Origin: Octopus sinensis
Lineage: Eukaryota
NCBI RefSeq assembly: GCF_006345805.1
Contig: NC_043013.1
Span: 53,258,001 to 53,322,000 of the forward strand
Length of the DNA: 64,000 nucleotides
Direction of reading: 5' to 3'
The notes below the pieces were generated by a model, which saw only the letters and a program-made list of their open reading frames with translations, had not been told where the DNA came from and did not search any database. Positions 12,791 through 26,085 of the stretch are shown here, piece by piece. The position numbers were made by a program, and so were the translations under genes. Position 1 is the stretch's first letter, and each line of letters starts with the position of its first letter.

Positions 12791-13066
12791 TAATACTTAA
12801 TTTCATTAAATTATAGTACGTTTTTAGCTTTCCCCGAAGTTTTATTTAGCTATCTCACTTAGAACAGTCGTTTTTTTTTTTGTGTGTGTGTGGTTGGAGG
12901 GGTAGAATGCGTTATGTGCAACGTTTTTGAAGAGGGTAGGAAGCTTCCTTAGCGGAATTAGCTTTTCGCTTTCATGTAGATGCTAGAACCTTTCTAGCTA
13001 TAAATGGACAGAGGGACCCCTCATACACACACACATGCCCACATACAAATATACATATATATGTGT

Positions 13067-13237
13067 ACCGTTGGCGATTTTTTTTCCTCTGTCTTCTCTT
13101 CTCTGGATCTTTCCTTCTCCTATGTTTCGACGAAGAGCTCCTTCGTTCCTTCTTTCCTGAGCATCCAATAATACTATATTTGTTCCACGTCCTCGCGTTG
13201 TTGTGATTTTTTTAGTGTTTTCTTGTTTGGATTAACT

Positions 13238-13239
<2 letters not shown>
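13067..13239 (+). mobile_element. Short (TA)n-embedded element with a truncated hammerhead-like motif (Penelope pLTR-like, inferred)
   Basis: T-rich ~170-bp unit between TA/CA arrays containing TTCGACGA-A-GAGCTCC (~13126-13141); the 3' half of the motif is absent. Layout resembles 40600-40772. Confidence 0.4.
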
Positions 13240-13282
<43 letters not shown>

Positions 13283-15267
13283 TATATATGTATGTATATA
13301 TATATATATATAATATATATATATATATATACACACACATATATATGTATGTATATATATATTATATATATATATATATAAAGGGACCACACGAGCGATA
13401 TGATGCTAGGTATCTGGCAGATTTAGAATTAACAAAATACAATGAGTATTTGCATGTGCGCGTGTCTTAATATTATAACTAGCCATGTATGTTTGTCTTA
13501 ATATTTATAACTAGATACAAATTTCATCTGCCATACATAACACATGACTTGAAGATACCGATTATATTGAAAATATCGAAGCCCTTCCACATTTATGAAG
13601 CTGTTCAAATAGAAATTATATCTTATAAAGCTATACTGTTATGTTCACGGAACGAGCGAAAAGAAGGCATCAGTTTTAGGAGCATCTGCCTGTTTACTTA
13701 GCCTGCAAGATATACAAGTCCCCTTTCAATGAAACACTTCCCCCCATAAATAATGTAGGACGTGTGTCCCTAAGATACTCTAGATCGGACAGAATGTTTG
13801 CAACTGGTACGCTTTTAATCATAGATCTTCTCTACCATGCCTGACCTGGGGTTCAACAACAACTGGCAATAGAAAGGGATCTGATTCAAGTGGTATTTTA
13901 GTATAAACTTTGCACCTAACTTTCATACAAAAGTTTTATCTCACTCACTCTCTCTGTCTGTCTGTCTGTCTCTCTCTCTCTTTCTATCTTCCTCCCTCTC
14001 TCTCTCTCTTCAGCAATCATTTTTGCGAATGCCTGAAATATTAGAAGCTCGTCAGGTATAATTATGTGGAAATTAGCTAGAATTGTAATACTAATTTGTG
14101 AAACAGGATATGTAATGAAAACAAGAAAGGTTGTATATCTCGGGATGAGATAAGATAAAATCGCCATCTCAGCTTCTCTGTAACAACATGACAAACCTGC
14201 CTACTTGATGGGTAAATAGCTTGAAAGTAATACTAGAGCGGACGTTAGTTATAAAAATACCTGATGGAAAGAATATTAATTGGATTTATTTAGAACACGT
14301 CAAAGAAACTGTAGACTCTGCAGATATACTTCACACTAAACAAGCCATAACTGTCAAACATATAACCAAATATAAATCTGGCATGGGAAGAAAGGAGATG
14401 GCAGATAAAATGTTTAACGTGCTTTTATTTTATTTATTTATTTATTGTTTTATTTCCATATACACACGCACACACTGCTTCACACACACACACACACACG
14501 CACAAACACAGTGTAATGGAAACTTCCGTTTGTTTACGTAAACTCTTGGATCGAAACAATTTTTTTCTTTTGCCTTGCGAAAAACGCTACATTCACACCC
14601 AGTGCCCCGAAGTATTTCATGAAACATGGCATCTTAAACAGATTTTTGAAACAGCTGTCCTTCGAAGTTCCAAGCCTCATAGTTTCTTCCCTTCATATTT
14701 TAGTATTCCTTTGTTTCATATGACGGAAATTATTTTGTATCAAAATGTTTTCTTTTTTTTTCGGTATTTCTCCTGTTCCCAATTCCATACCCTCTTCTTT
14801 TCCTCTTATGTATGGCACTTCACCGTGTGTTGTAGTTGATTTTTAAAACTTGTTAAATGGTCATCCCATTTCTAGCACTACTTTATCTCATGTGTGTTTC
14901 CTTATTCATTAATATAGATTTGAGGATGGTTTCGCTAAAATTTCAGACACATAGAGTCCGCGAAGTGGTTTCATTTGTATCACCCGTTCGGTACGTTTCT
15001 TGAAGCGTTCGGAATGACCAACGTAGGAATCTCTGTTCTAGAAACAGTAACCAAAATTCCTCCATGATAACATAACACGGTCTTAGAAATGAAATGAAAT
15101 TCTACGCAGTGTAATCCTAAATACGTTATACCTTAAGTAAATGACGGGTGGGACACGGTTGCAAAGCTCTTAATCGTCTTTTTCAGAGTAGGTATTAAAC
15201 GCAGCAACACCAACAAAAATAATAATAACATCAGAATCTTCAAGATTCTAAGAAAACTTGCAACGGC

Positions 15268-15399
15268 GCAAGTGTGGCTGTGTGGTTTGCTCCTCAACAA
15301 CATGGTTCTGGGTTCATTTTCTCTCCATGCCAACCCACACAAATGTCTTGTAGCATGACTGTGGGCCGCTCGAAGCCTTGTAAGTTTGACGTATATATA

Positions 15400-15431
<32 letters not shown>

Positions 15432-15440
15432 AGTGTGTGT

Positions 15441-15493
<53 letters not shown>

Positions 15494-15600
15494 TGTGTGT
15501 GCACGTGTGAGCGTGTGTCTTTGTGTCTGGGTTTGTCCCACATAACTTCTTCACAACCGGTCCCGGCGTATTTACGAAAAAAGTACAGGGATCGATTCAT
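15268..15600 (+). mobile_element. Decayed tRNA-type SINE with an internal (TG)n tract
   Basis: GTGTGGCTGTGTGG...CATGGTTCTGGGTTCA head, GTCTT...GGGCCG.TC.AAGCCTTGT body, (TG)n, then TTTGTCCC...ACAACCGGT; same layout as 33771-34166. Confidence 0.6.
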
Positions 15601-15892
15601 TCAACAAAAGATTCCAGTGACTGAATTAAGTAAAAGATAAAAGATAAATCGAACAACAACAAAATCAAGAACAACATCAACATCAAAATAAACATCATGA
15701 CAACAACAACAATGACAACAACACTGATACGATTGTGTATCGAAATCTAAGAAAGTGATGACGAGATATATGTTGAAACGTTAAATTCCATCAAAACTAA
15801 ACTGGTTAACTTTAACTGGAGAAAAAAAATCAATAGTTGCAAATGATGACAATATGTGAGCAACACTGACTTATAAACTGAATAGTGAGACC

Positions 15893-15914
15893 ATCACGTG
15901 TCATGACACGTGAT
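15893..15914. promoter_or_regulatory. Perfect 22-bp palindrome containing two CACGTG E-boxes 6 bp apart
   Basis: ATCACGTGTCATGACACGTGAT is its own reverse complement. The sequence is certain; a regulatory function is only inferred. Confidence 0.3.
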
Positions 15915-18688
15915 ATCATGGGGAACTGAAAGATATGACAGTCACCGACGGGCTTGCGAATTTGGTAATAATATTTTTTCTGCTGCTGCTACAAATACTA
16001 CTACCACCACCGCCATCAATAGCAACAACAACAATAATAGTAATTTCTTTTATTAGACATAGGGGCATGTAAGAGGGTGACATCACAAGGATAGTCTACA
16101 ATTTGTGGTGAGCGGTTAGATAAAATATGAGGAGGAGGAAATGGAACTACGGTGAAATGAGAAAACTCTATACATGGTACACAAAGTATGGTGAGCATGA
16201 ATGATGTAGGTTTTATGATAAAATGAAAAAATCCGACTAGGGCCAACCAAGGAACCCCACAAACCCAGGGTTACCCGAAGCACTAAAGGCATGAGCTTTC
16301 GCATATAAGTGGTAGCAAGATTCGAGAAAATGTCAAAAGTGATTGTTGGAGAATTTCTACGACTTCACAGTCCCCGATTTCTAACCTAACTAATTCCCTT
16401 GATTGTAATTAAATAGACTATTTTGTGTGAGCGCTTGTAAAGCACAGGCCGAACTAGTGTTCAAGAACAAAGTGTTGCCAGGAGATCTTCGCAGGTACAG
16501 AGTAGGGGACGCAAACACCAGGTCCCGTAGCCATTGTTGAATTCGGCGTGGCTGAGTAAAATATTTTCTCCTGGCCATTACCTCGTTGATATCTTTTTGA
16601 TTTTTAAAAACATATTTTTTTATTTTCCGATGGGTTATTGTGTTTCATTTTCCGTTTATGCAACTTTTCAATTTTTGCCCAAACAATTTCTAAGTGTTCT
16701 CGTATAACTGGAACTTCTTCGGAAATTCTGCAGCACCACAGATGCAGATTTTTGTCCATTAACCAACTATTTGACTTTTGAAGAACCATGAATCTGTGAC
16801 ACCGGACAAAATACTTCGTGGCATTTCTTCCGGCTTTATAATCTAAACTCACATTCCGCCGTCGTCGATTTACTTTTCATCCTTTCGGGGTCGACGAAAT
16901 AAGTTCCAGTTGAGCAATGGGGTTTGATATAACCACTTAGCTCTCTCACCCCTCGTGCCTCTGGTAGAACGCTAACTTAAGTTTTGTTTCTCTGGGTCCT
17001 ATTTGTCATCCAACTGATGGTAAGCAAATAAAAGATGCATGACCAGAAAGGGAGTGTCCCACTAATACTACCAACACAACCACGAATGTTAGCCTAATCT
17101 CACTAAAAGCCACACCACTCCACCTCTCAGTGGTGGGATACATTCGATAGTGTCGTAGAAAGTCTAACTAAAAATATAATACTAGAATGCAAAGATTAGC
17201 ACGGTTGTAAATCATTTCGATTAGTGCCAACCTGGAGTTAAATTAAACAATGGTAATTACACGCCTGATTGTTTCGTAGCAGCAATGTTCGTACTTATTT
17301 AAGCCATTTGTAGGATATCTCGGTTTAACACAGGAAATATTAAGAAGTTGGCTAGAGTTAAAGATAACTAAATGGCTGTATCGGTGGCAGGTCGGATAGA
17401 ATTCCTGGTAGTATTTGTTTAAGCCCTTGCTCCCTATGTTCAAATCCCGCTAGAGCCCGATTTTCCTTTCATCTATGCGAATTCAATAAAGAAATTAACT
17501 ACCAAGTATTTCTCCACTTCTGTCTCCCTATTTCACTCTTCCTATCCCTTCTCTCTCTCTCTCTTTGTCTATCTGTCTATCTATTTATTTCTGGATGTTA
17601 TACGTTCAGGGGGCCAGGAAGAACGTTCATATTCTGGTCTCGGTCGTATCCTCACCCCCACTCCGCGTGTGTTTTAATGTAAGACGACTCGAAACAAATA
17701 TATGCTGAGCTAATATCAAAATTACTTACTAATATCATTTTATGTTTTCTACAAGTACGGGCGATAAATATGAATGTTTCCTACTTAATATGATCTCATC
17801 AGCAAAGTTTCACTTTCATTGTATTTGACAAAGTAATAATAATAAAATTGTAAAGAAGTTTGTTAAATATACAAGGCGTTTGTGTTTTCGTAACATCTGC
17901 CGTTTTCCTCAGAATAATATTGGTAAAATAGAAGTAAAACGATGTCTCTTAGGAATCAAAGTAGATCGCATTTTCAGTAAAACAGAAATTTAACAGTCAG
18001 ATGTGCAGTACTTGTGACACTTAACATGGATTCTTAATGATATTCTGCCATTATGTGACGAGGCATAACACATAACAGCATCACTTCGTTTCATAAACTA
18101 TATGTCTTTGTAAACGATATAAGCCGATTACGAAGTACGTACTGAAAGAAGAGAGAATAAATTGCTATCATTCTTTGCAAATGCTCCATTTTCTTTTAGC
18201 AACAAACAAATATAACTCACCATTTGTGTATCTTGTTAATTCTAGACTGTAAATGTTATTGTTCCGTCCATCTTTCCCTACCGTCTCTGAAGTAGTTGCC
18301 TGCGTATTTTTTTCTTTCTTTAAAATTGTATTTCTTTCAAGTCAAATGCAATTATCCCGGCAATGGACAACAATTTTAAATTGACATTGAAGCGATTAGA
18401 GTAAAATGTTTCAACCAAAACTGCTGCGCTGCTCTCTCGCTCCAATTTCCATGTAAAATCTTCTCCTTTCGTTAGTTGTTTGATCAAAGTAAAGAACAGC
18501 ACAGTTTTTACCTGGTGTTTGTTTATAGACGTCAATATTAATTTTCTCTTTCGTAAAGCGATAACTTCATTATGACAGTTTCCCAAATAACCACAGACTG
18601 ATACTGTGAAATTATTATATACCAAATTATGAATACATATTCATTTCTCTCACATTCTCTTTCCCTACCCGCTCTCACTCTTTCTCTC

Positions 18689-18741
<53 letters not shown>

Positions 18742-19204
18742 GCACAGACATACACACATGCGTGCACAAAACACATATGCGCATATGTTTGTATAAAACT
18801 CTAAACATGAATGGCTTCTAAACTTTATTCTGCCAGCACTACAAAATCTACAAGGTTGTTTTATTTTACTGTGAGTTCTTTATGTTTGTGCGCGGCCGTT
18901 TTCTGGCGTCTTACATTTTGCTGTGCCTCGATTCATAAGGAACCCTTACAACTAACACACACACACACACATATATATATATGTATACAGATAGATAGAT
19001 AGACAGATAGATTCATGTGTGTGTATACGTGTGTATTCATATATTTACGTATAGGGTATATTTACATATATGTAAGTATGCAAATTAAAAAGTATGCATG
19101 CATACATATGTGCGTACACATATTTCAATATGTGTGTAGTGCATGTTTGTGTGTATGTATGCATGCCTGCATATAAGCATATACAATTCTTTTTTTAGAT
19201 ATGT

Positions 19205-19303
19205 ATATACATACATGCATTCATACATACATACATGCATTCATACATACGTACATACATACATACATACATACATACATACATACATACATACATACAT
19301 ACA

Positions 19304-19337
<34 letters not shown>

Positions 19338-19355
19338 CATGCATACATACATACA
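19205..19355. repeat. (TACA)n microsatellite
   Basis: Long atacatac run. Confidence 0.95.
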
Positions 19356-20104
19356 TATTGTTTTAGCGACATCATTTCGTTTTTGTAAGTTAGACTTTAA
19401 TGGAATTTCTAAACAGCTTCTCATTCTATGCGCAAAACCTTCGGCAGAGACGTGACATAATCGATATTTATGAACACCTCTTTGTGTGTATTAGGGAGTC
19501 AGTAATCATTAGCTAAATTTGTGTAGTTATCTCTTTATCTCTCGACTTACAAAACTCTAACTCTTACCATGATGTGCTGCAATGTCCACGAGTCCATGTC
19601 GATGTTAGCAACATCGTCAATATTACCGGCGAACACAGTCATGTATAACCATCTACATTATTGGTAGGCAGATTAAGTCTCTTCTGGTTGATGTTTGTCT
19701 CTAATCCAGCAATCCTGTATCTGGATGGAAGGTCATCGAAATCATGGAAATCTATCCAGTTATTATTGGGTATGAAGGAAGCTCCATGTCTCTGCAGTGA
19801 GTTAAACAAGTCCTTCTCTACCACACCAAACCCCATGAAACCTTAATTTCAAAGTAATCGCTACTGCTGCAGATGGTGGCCTTCACTTGCAGCCCCAAAC
19901 CACGATTACCTTGCCGTGTATACACAACTATTACCTGTTTACTTTTTCCTTGGAGGGATCAAAACCTGTCCCTCTTTTTATGTCTGGTAGTTATTCGATT
20001 AGTCTACCCCTTGCCGATCCCATAAGTTTTGGGAAGCTAATCAAACGAATACTCGTCGTCAAAAAAATCACAATGACGCACGTGTATGAACAGGAATAAG
20101 GTGG

Positions 20105-20270
20105 GGGGCTTCTTTCAGTTTCTGTCTACGAAATGAACTAACAAAGCATTGGTGGTTTTCGAGGAGCAAAGTAGAAGACATTTGCTGAAGGTGCCGCATG
20201 ACAGAAGGGAACCTGAACCTACGTAGTGTTAATGAAATCTTATTAAACATACACACCTGCCTGCTTTTAT
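20105..20270 (-). mobile_element. Decayed SINE fragment (family of 33771-34166)
   Basis: GGCTTCTTTCAGTTTCTGTCTAC...TAGAAGACATTTGC...AAGGTGCC is the reverse complement of the SINE body. Confidence 0.55.
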
Positions 20271-21192
20271 TTAGGTGTCGTTTCGTTTTTGGTATTGAGA
20301 TGTAGATTAGGTTGCTACTCCTAGCGGGCCGTACAACCATGTAGGGGGCCCCGCATTTCTTAATTTATTCAATGATATTATTTGAGCAAATTTACAAATG
20401 ACGAAATCTTCTTTTGTTTCCAGTGAACTCATCACATCAATGGAGAATCGAAATACAGAGACCTGACCTCCATACAATAAAAAACTAAATAACATAAAGT
20501 ATCAAAGGCAAATAGTTGATTGAGAATTAAACTCCAAAATATTTCAATGTACTTCTGATATTTCTGAAGACAATCGACTTTACATGACATCTAGGGTTTC
20601 CTCTATAAGTTAAGAGAGAAACAGAAATAATAATTAAATAATTCTATTATAGATTGTGTTTATATCAGTTTGAGAAGCAAGTAAGATGTTAAGACGAACG
20701 TAAATGGTTATGGAATGAAATAATCAGCTAAAATGCTGAAATGATTTGCCATCAAATTTCGCTGGAGGCAATATTTACAAAAACAAATTAGAAAATAAAT
20801 ATATATGACAATTAAAAATATGCTGAATCACACGAAATGATTAAATACTGTAGCAATTAAGGAGAAAAACACAATTATATTCCTAAGCGGAATTTTTCAA
20901 GTTTGGAACTAAACAGAAATAAACAAAGGAAAGAAAAACGATAAACATAGAGGAAATGACGAAATATTTTGGTGACGTTGGTAACGAAACTGTTCTTTCT
21001 CTCTCTCTCACTCTCACCCTCTCTATATATATATATCTCAAACACACACACAAAACATGCGAGCGCACAAACATGGGTGTCTATAGGCATTTACGGACAC
21101 ATATAACTGTATATTATTATTAACACTCGTGTATAAACACACGCATTCAGGTATATATGTACCTGTACGTACATATATCAATGAACATATTA

Positions 21193-21281
<89 letters not shown>

Positions 21282-21549
21282 ACACAGACACACATGTGTG
21301 CGTGCTCATATAGACAAACGCTCAAGTACGCGTACCTTTGCACAGGTACACACACCTGAAGAATGTGGATATGAGATTTCGAAATAAAAACTGAAGGAGT
21401 ATTTAACTCATTTCAACATTTTAAAACAGTTTTCTTACAAAGAAATACAGAGAAACTGAGAATGCGGGAAACTACTGAGGCTGTAGTTCGTTGGAGTAGC
21501 AAATGAGCCAACTGCATTTGCATTATCTTTACCCAGACAAACGGATAGT

Positions 21550-21555
21550 TAGATC

Positions 21556-21626
<71 letters not shown>

Positions 21627-21652
21627 GGATGGATGGATGGATGGATAGATAA

Positions 21653-21683
<31 letters not shown>

Positions 21684-21684
21684 A

Positions 21685-21734
<50 letters not shown>
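21550..21734. repeat. (GATA)n microsatellite forming the 3' flank/tail of the Tx1-like LINE
   Basis: Long agat run with a (GGAT)n patch. Confidence 0.95.
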
Positions 21735-24550
21735 CAGTTTCTTTATTGGCCACACAGGGCTGCACACAGATGGGACAAGTTACAAGGTAGAGCTTTTCTT
21801 TTGGGGGATGAAAAAAAACAAAAAACAAAAGAAACAAAAAAAAGGGGTGGCGTAGGTTTTCGATCAAGAGGGATCGTAAAAGGGAAGAAAAGAACAAAAA
21901 AAAATAAAGAATTTAAAAAAAGAAGAAAAGGAAAAGGAACAAAAGAAAAGAGAAATGAAAAAAGAAGAAAAAAGGGGAAGAGGAAAAAAAAACGATCAAT
22001 AGGGATCGTGTATCACAGTGTTATGATATATGGTGTAAAGGGTAAAACAAGTAAGGTTTATCCGTGGGAAGAAAAGCCTACGAAAAAGACCACGGTAACC
22101 TTGGTCAATATTGTTATATGTTACCACATTTGTTTGCAAGTGGGTAACCCTCTATTTTCAATTTCTGGGTTCATAGGATTATGCTCAAGGTGGCTTCGTC
22201 ATTCATACGTGCCATTCTTGCTACATTCACCCATCTTTTTTAAAACATTCGCTAGACAAAACTTGCTTCTCTACTCTCACTTTCCTTTTCAAGTGGTACT
22301 TGAAGAAGTTGATGAGAGATTGACCAGAGAGGAAAGAGTTTGTCTCCAATCCTTTCAGACGCGTCCACCAGATACATTCTTTCACCATAGACACAAGGAT
22401 GATGAAAATAGCTCTTCCTTCCCGTTTGAAGGAAGGGGGCGTGACAATATTGACGATAGACTCAGCTGATAAACCGACTCGTCCCACACGTGACAGCAGT
22501 TGTTCGACATAAGCCCACAGGTCGGAAATTGTTGGACACTGCACGAGTGCGTGCAGAACGGTTTCGTCGCTCTGACCGCATCTCGGGCAGGTCGGCTCCG
22601 TGTTTCTCGAGCCGTGTCTGTAGAGCTTATCCCGAACGGGTAGCGCTTCTTGGTAGCACTGCCAGGCCAGGGATCTCTGGAAGTTGTCCATGGGCCCTGG
22701 CCCGAAAGTCTTCCCGAACAGGCGGGTCAGGTACTCCTCGTCGACGTCCAGCTTCGCCCCGAGCTCGTCGTCGTACCTCCCATCCACTAATCCCCTATAG
22801 AATGCTTTGGTTGTGATGAAGTCACTCAAGGTCGACCCAGGACGGCAGAGTTGCTTGAGAGCAACGCGACACTCGCGGTGCAATTCGCCCTTCCTCGGCC
22901 TCTTTTTGATCCACGACTGCAGTTCGGTCATGGAGACGAGCTGCGGGAAAGCGTGCCTCACAAACGGCGACCACACCTGTTCACCGTCGTTTACGAAGAG
23001 CCTGAGATGTCGCAGTCTCAGCGCGTGTCTGCGCATCATCAACCACGGCATGCTCAGTCCTCCTTTTAACGGGTGTTGACAGCAAATGGATAGCCTGACC
23101 ATCGGGACGCATCCTTTCCACAAGAAGCGAAAGAGAATGCGTTGTTTGGTGATGGTAGGGTCGAGACAAGGCACGACGGTCAGGCGGTAGTAGATGACGG
23201 ACGCGATGTACGTGTTCGCCACCTCCGCCGACCTTTTAGGGACAGTTTCCTCTCGGCCCATTGCCGGGCGAGAGTGACCACCCTACTCGTTATCTCGTTC
23301 CAGTTCTTCTCCACTTGGAGGTCCGGACCAAACCAGACCCCGAGCAACTGAAGCGGGCCGTCGGTCCAGCGTCCCACGACGGGGGCGCTAGTGGACGGCA
23401 TGGGCTTGCTTCTCCAGGTGCCTAGTCGCAAGCCCACTGACTTTTCCCGGTTGATTTTCGCTCCTGTCACCGCTTCGTAGTTTTTCAGTGTCTCGCCGAC
23501 CTGCTCGATGTGCTCGTGGCTAGACACTATGACGGTGACGTCGTCCGCGTATGCAGACACGCTCGTCCCGCATCCCAGTTCTCGCGGGATGCCCTTCAAA
23601 GTTGCCAGCTTCCGCAATAATGGCTCGAGAGTCAATACGTATAGAAGCGACGAGAGGGGGAATCCCTGACGGACCGAACGTGCGATGTCGAAGGGTCTCG
23701 ATAGATGTCCATTTACACGAATTACCGAACGGATGCCTCTGTACAAAGCGGCTATCCAGCCGCGGAAGACTGGACCGAAGCCAGCCGCTCTGAGGACTGC
23801 CTCCAAGTATCGATGGTCTACCCTATCGAAAGCTTTCGATTGATCCAAATTGATCAGCGCCCCACCCATGCCAGGTTCGTTAACTACCCTGTCTATGATG
23901 TAGCGCATCAGGTGGAGGTTGTCATGGATGGTCCGGCCCGGAACGGCGCATTTTTGCGCCTTGTCGACCAGTTTCTCGATGGCAAGCCCCAACCTCTTGG
24001 CTAGCACCTTGGCCAAAATTTTCGAGTCTGCATTAAGCAGAGTGATGGGCCTAAAGTTATCTATTACATTTCCCTTGTTTAGATCTTTCTTCAGCAGTGT
24101 TACGGCTCCTCGGCTCACAAAACCAGGAATGCTCCCGTTTTGCTGCCAGTTGCAGTACACCGCCGCCAAGAGATCTCCAAACAAGTCTGGCATACAATTG
24201 TAAAGCTCGTAGGGTAGACCATCCAAACCCGGTGATTTGTCCCTCGAGCATTCTGCCACCGCGTCCTGCACTTCCGCCGCCTTGATGGCACCTTCGCAGC
24301 ACCCTGCCTCTCTTGTCGAGAGTCGTGGTAGGCTATGTAGGTAGGCACTGAAGTCCACCCTACGTTCTTGCCCTCCACTCGTCCCGAACAGTCGGGCAAA
24401 ATGCTGTTGAAAGGCCTCACACATTTTACTTGGTTCGAGCAATTCGCGCCCCTGTTCATCTACCAGGGACCGAATGGTGGCTTTGTTGCCCTGTTGCGCC
24501 TCTGCCACCCGGGCCTCTCTCGCGGCTCCAACACCTTCGTTCCTTAGAGC
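21735..24550 (-). mobile_element. 5'-truncated Tx1/L1-clade non-LTR retrotransposon inserted within a (GATA)n array
   Basis: RT and zinc-knuckle ORF2, pyrimidine-rich 3' UTR, AATAAA (minus strand, 21742-21747) immediately before (ATCT)n; the 5' end joins directly to (GATA)n at 24550/24551. Confidence 0.9.
22171..24550 (-). pseudogene. LINE ORF2 (linker, RT, C-terminal CCHC zinc knuckle); endonuclease missing; two 1-bp frameshifts
   Basis: SPGLDGLPYE, NFRPITLLN, DQSKAFDRV, VRQGFPLS and YADD in ORF 23180..24508; CPRCGQSDETVLHALVQC in ORF 22227..23261. Adding one G at ~23230 and one A at ~22238 restores a single frame ending KKRWVNVARM...IIL* at 22171. Confidence 0.85.
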
Positions 24551-24621
<71 letters not shown>

Positions 24622-24676
24622 ATGTATAGATGTATAGATCGATAGACAGATAGAGATATGGATGGATGGGTGGATG

Positions 24677-24714
<38 letters not shown>

Positions 24715-24720
24715 CAAGAG

Positions 24721-24785
<65 letters not shown>
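24551..24785. repeat. (GATA)n microsatellite at the 5' junction of the Tx1-like LINE
   Basis: Long gata run with variant patches. Confidence 0.95.
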
Positions 24786-24786
<1 letters not shown>

Positions 24787-24839
24787 GCAGGCAGGGAGGC
24801 AGTCAGACACGTAAATATATAGACAGATAGATATAAAGT

Positions 24840-25544
24840 TAATTCCTTCAAAGTGAGGTTGTCACTATCTCTTTTATCTTCTTCAGCCTAGGAGAAAACG
24901 AAATGCCACAGCAAGCAGGGTCGGGACTTTAGGGAGTGTGAGGTAGAGTTTTATTGCCGATCTGTGTCAAGAAGTTCGTTACCAGGATGGAATTGTGGAC
25001 TGTCACTTTATTCTCGTGCAGGTACTCCGGCCTTTTTGCGACGAGACCTCTTCCTGAACATCCTCAAGACCTCTACATAGTACACTTTGTTAATCACTTG
25101 GCAAGAGGGAATCGGATGGGAGCTCACGGTGCCTTTGTTGTCGAAGAAAAGGAGATTATCATGAGTTTCTCGGTCGAGTGACTTTGCCTGTCCCCTTCTG
25201 CAGCGACACATATGTTTGTCATGCAATTTAACCCATAGGGAGTCTGCTGCATTTCATAAATTTATTCGAGCGCTTTTCCCTCAGTTTTCCCAATTAACTT
25301 ATTGGATAGAGAGCCTCCAAGTTGTCTTCATGTTCCGGCTGCAAATAAGTCAGCTGTGACGAGCAGGATCTTGCAGGGTGCGCTCAAAGTGCGGGTACAA
25401 CTGCCTCCTTCAATCTATAATAACAAAAGGTGACAGGTCAGCTTATTAGATGCATAGTAATGGTACATCTAAAATTACAATAATCCAGAGTAGTTAAAAC
25501 TACCTCACCTAAAAGTGAACAAAACATTTGGAATGCACTTCATG
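24840..25544 (-). mobile_element. Decayed, internally deleted mariner element
   Basis: Minus frames give LLFFDNKG..SHPIPSCQVINKVYYVEVLRMFRKRSRRK and NFLTQIGNKTLPHTP*SPDP.CC..FSPRLK (HPPYSPDLAPCDF region). Weak TIR-like end TA|CATGAAGTGCATTCCAAA at 25544. Confidence 0.55.
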
Positions 25545-25547
25545 TAT

Positions 25548-25579
<32 letters not shown>

Positions 25580-26009
25580 TTACATGTGTGTGTGTGCGTA
25601 CGCGTGTGTGTGTATGTCGTGTCGTACATGGTATAACCCTAAGCATTCCAACGCCATAGGTTCCATTATGGTTAGTTGCATAAAACCTAGCAGACAACTC
25701 GAATATTTAAGATTCTCGTTCTCTATCGAAATCACACTACGCAGTATTTACGAGGAAAAAAACCCAGATGTGTTCCGACGCTTTAACAATACATTTTTGT
25801 CTTTCCTCTGTGTGTGTGTGTGTCTGTCTGTCTGTCTGTTTGTGTCTGTGGTGTGTGTACACACAGAGAGAAAGAGAGAGAGAAATGTATATCATCTATC
25901 TATTTATTTATCTCCCTTTCTCTCTCTCTCTCTCTCTGTATATTTATATATCTAGAGGTGTGTATATATAGGCGTGGGCATGTGTGTGTGTACGCGCTCC
26001 TGTGTGTGC

Positions 26010-26082
<73 letters not shown>

Positions 26083-26085
<3 letters not shown>

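Noticed and set aside
14221-14400. Weak resemblance to a Ty3/Gypsy integrase C-terminal tail
   Set aside because: Too few conserved residues; no LTR, RT or integrase core nearby.
22490-24459. Several overlapping ORFs on the + strand and in alternate - frames
   Set aside because: Shadow ORFs of the GC-rich Tx1 ORF2; the RT motifs account for the region.
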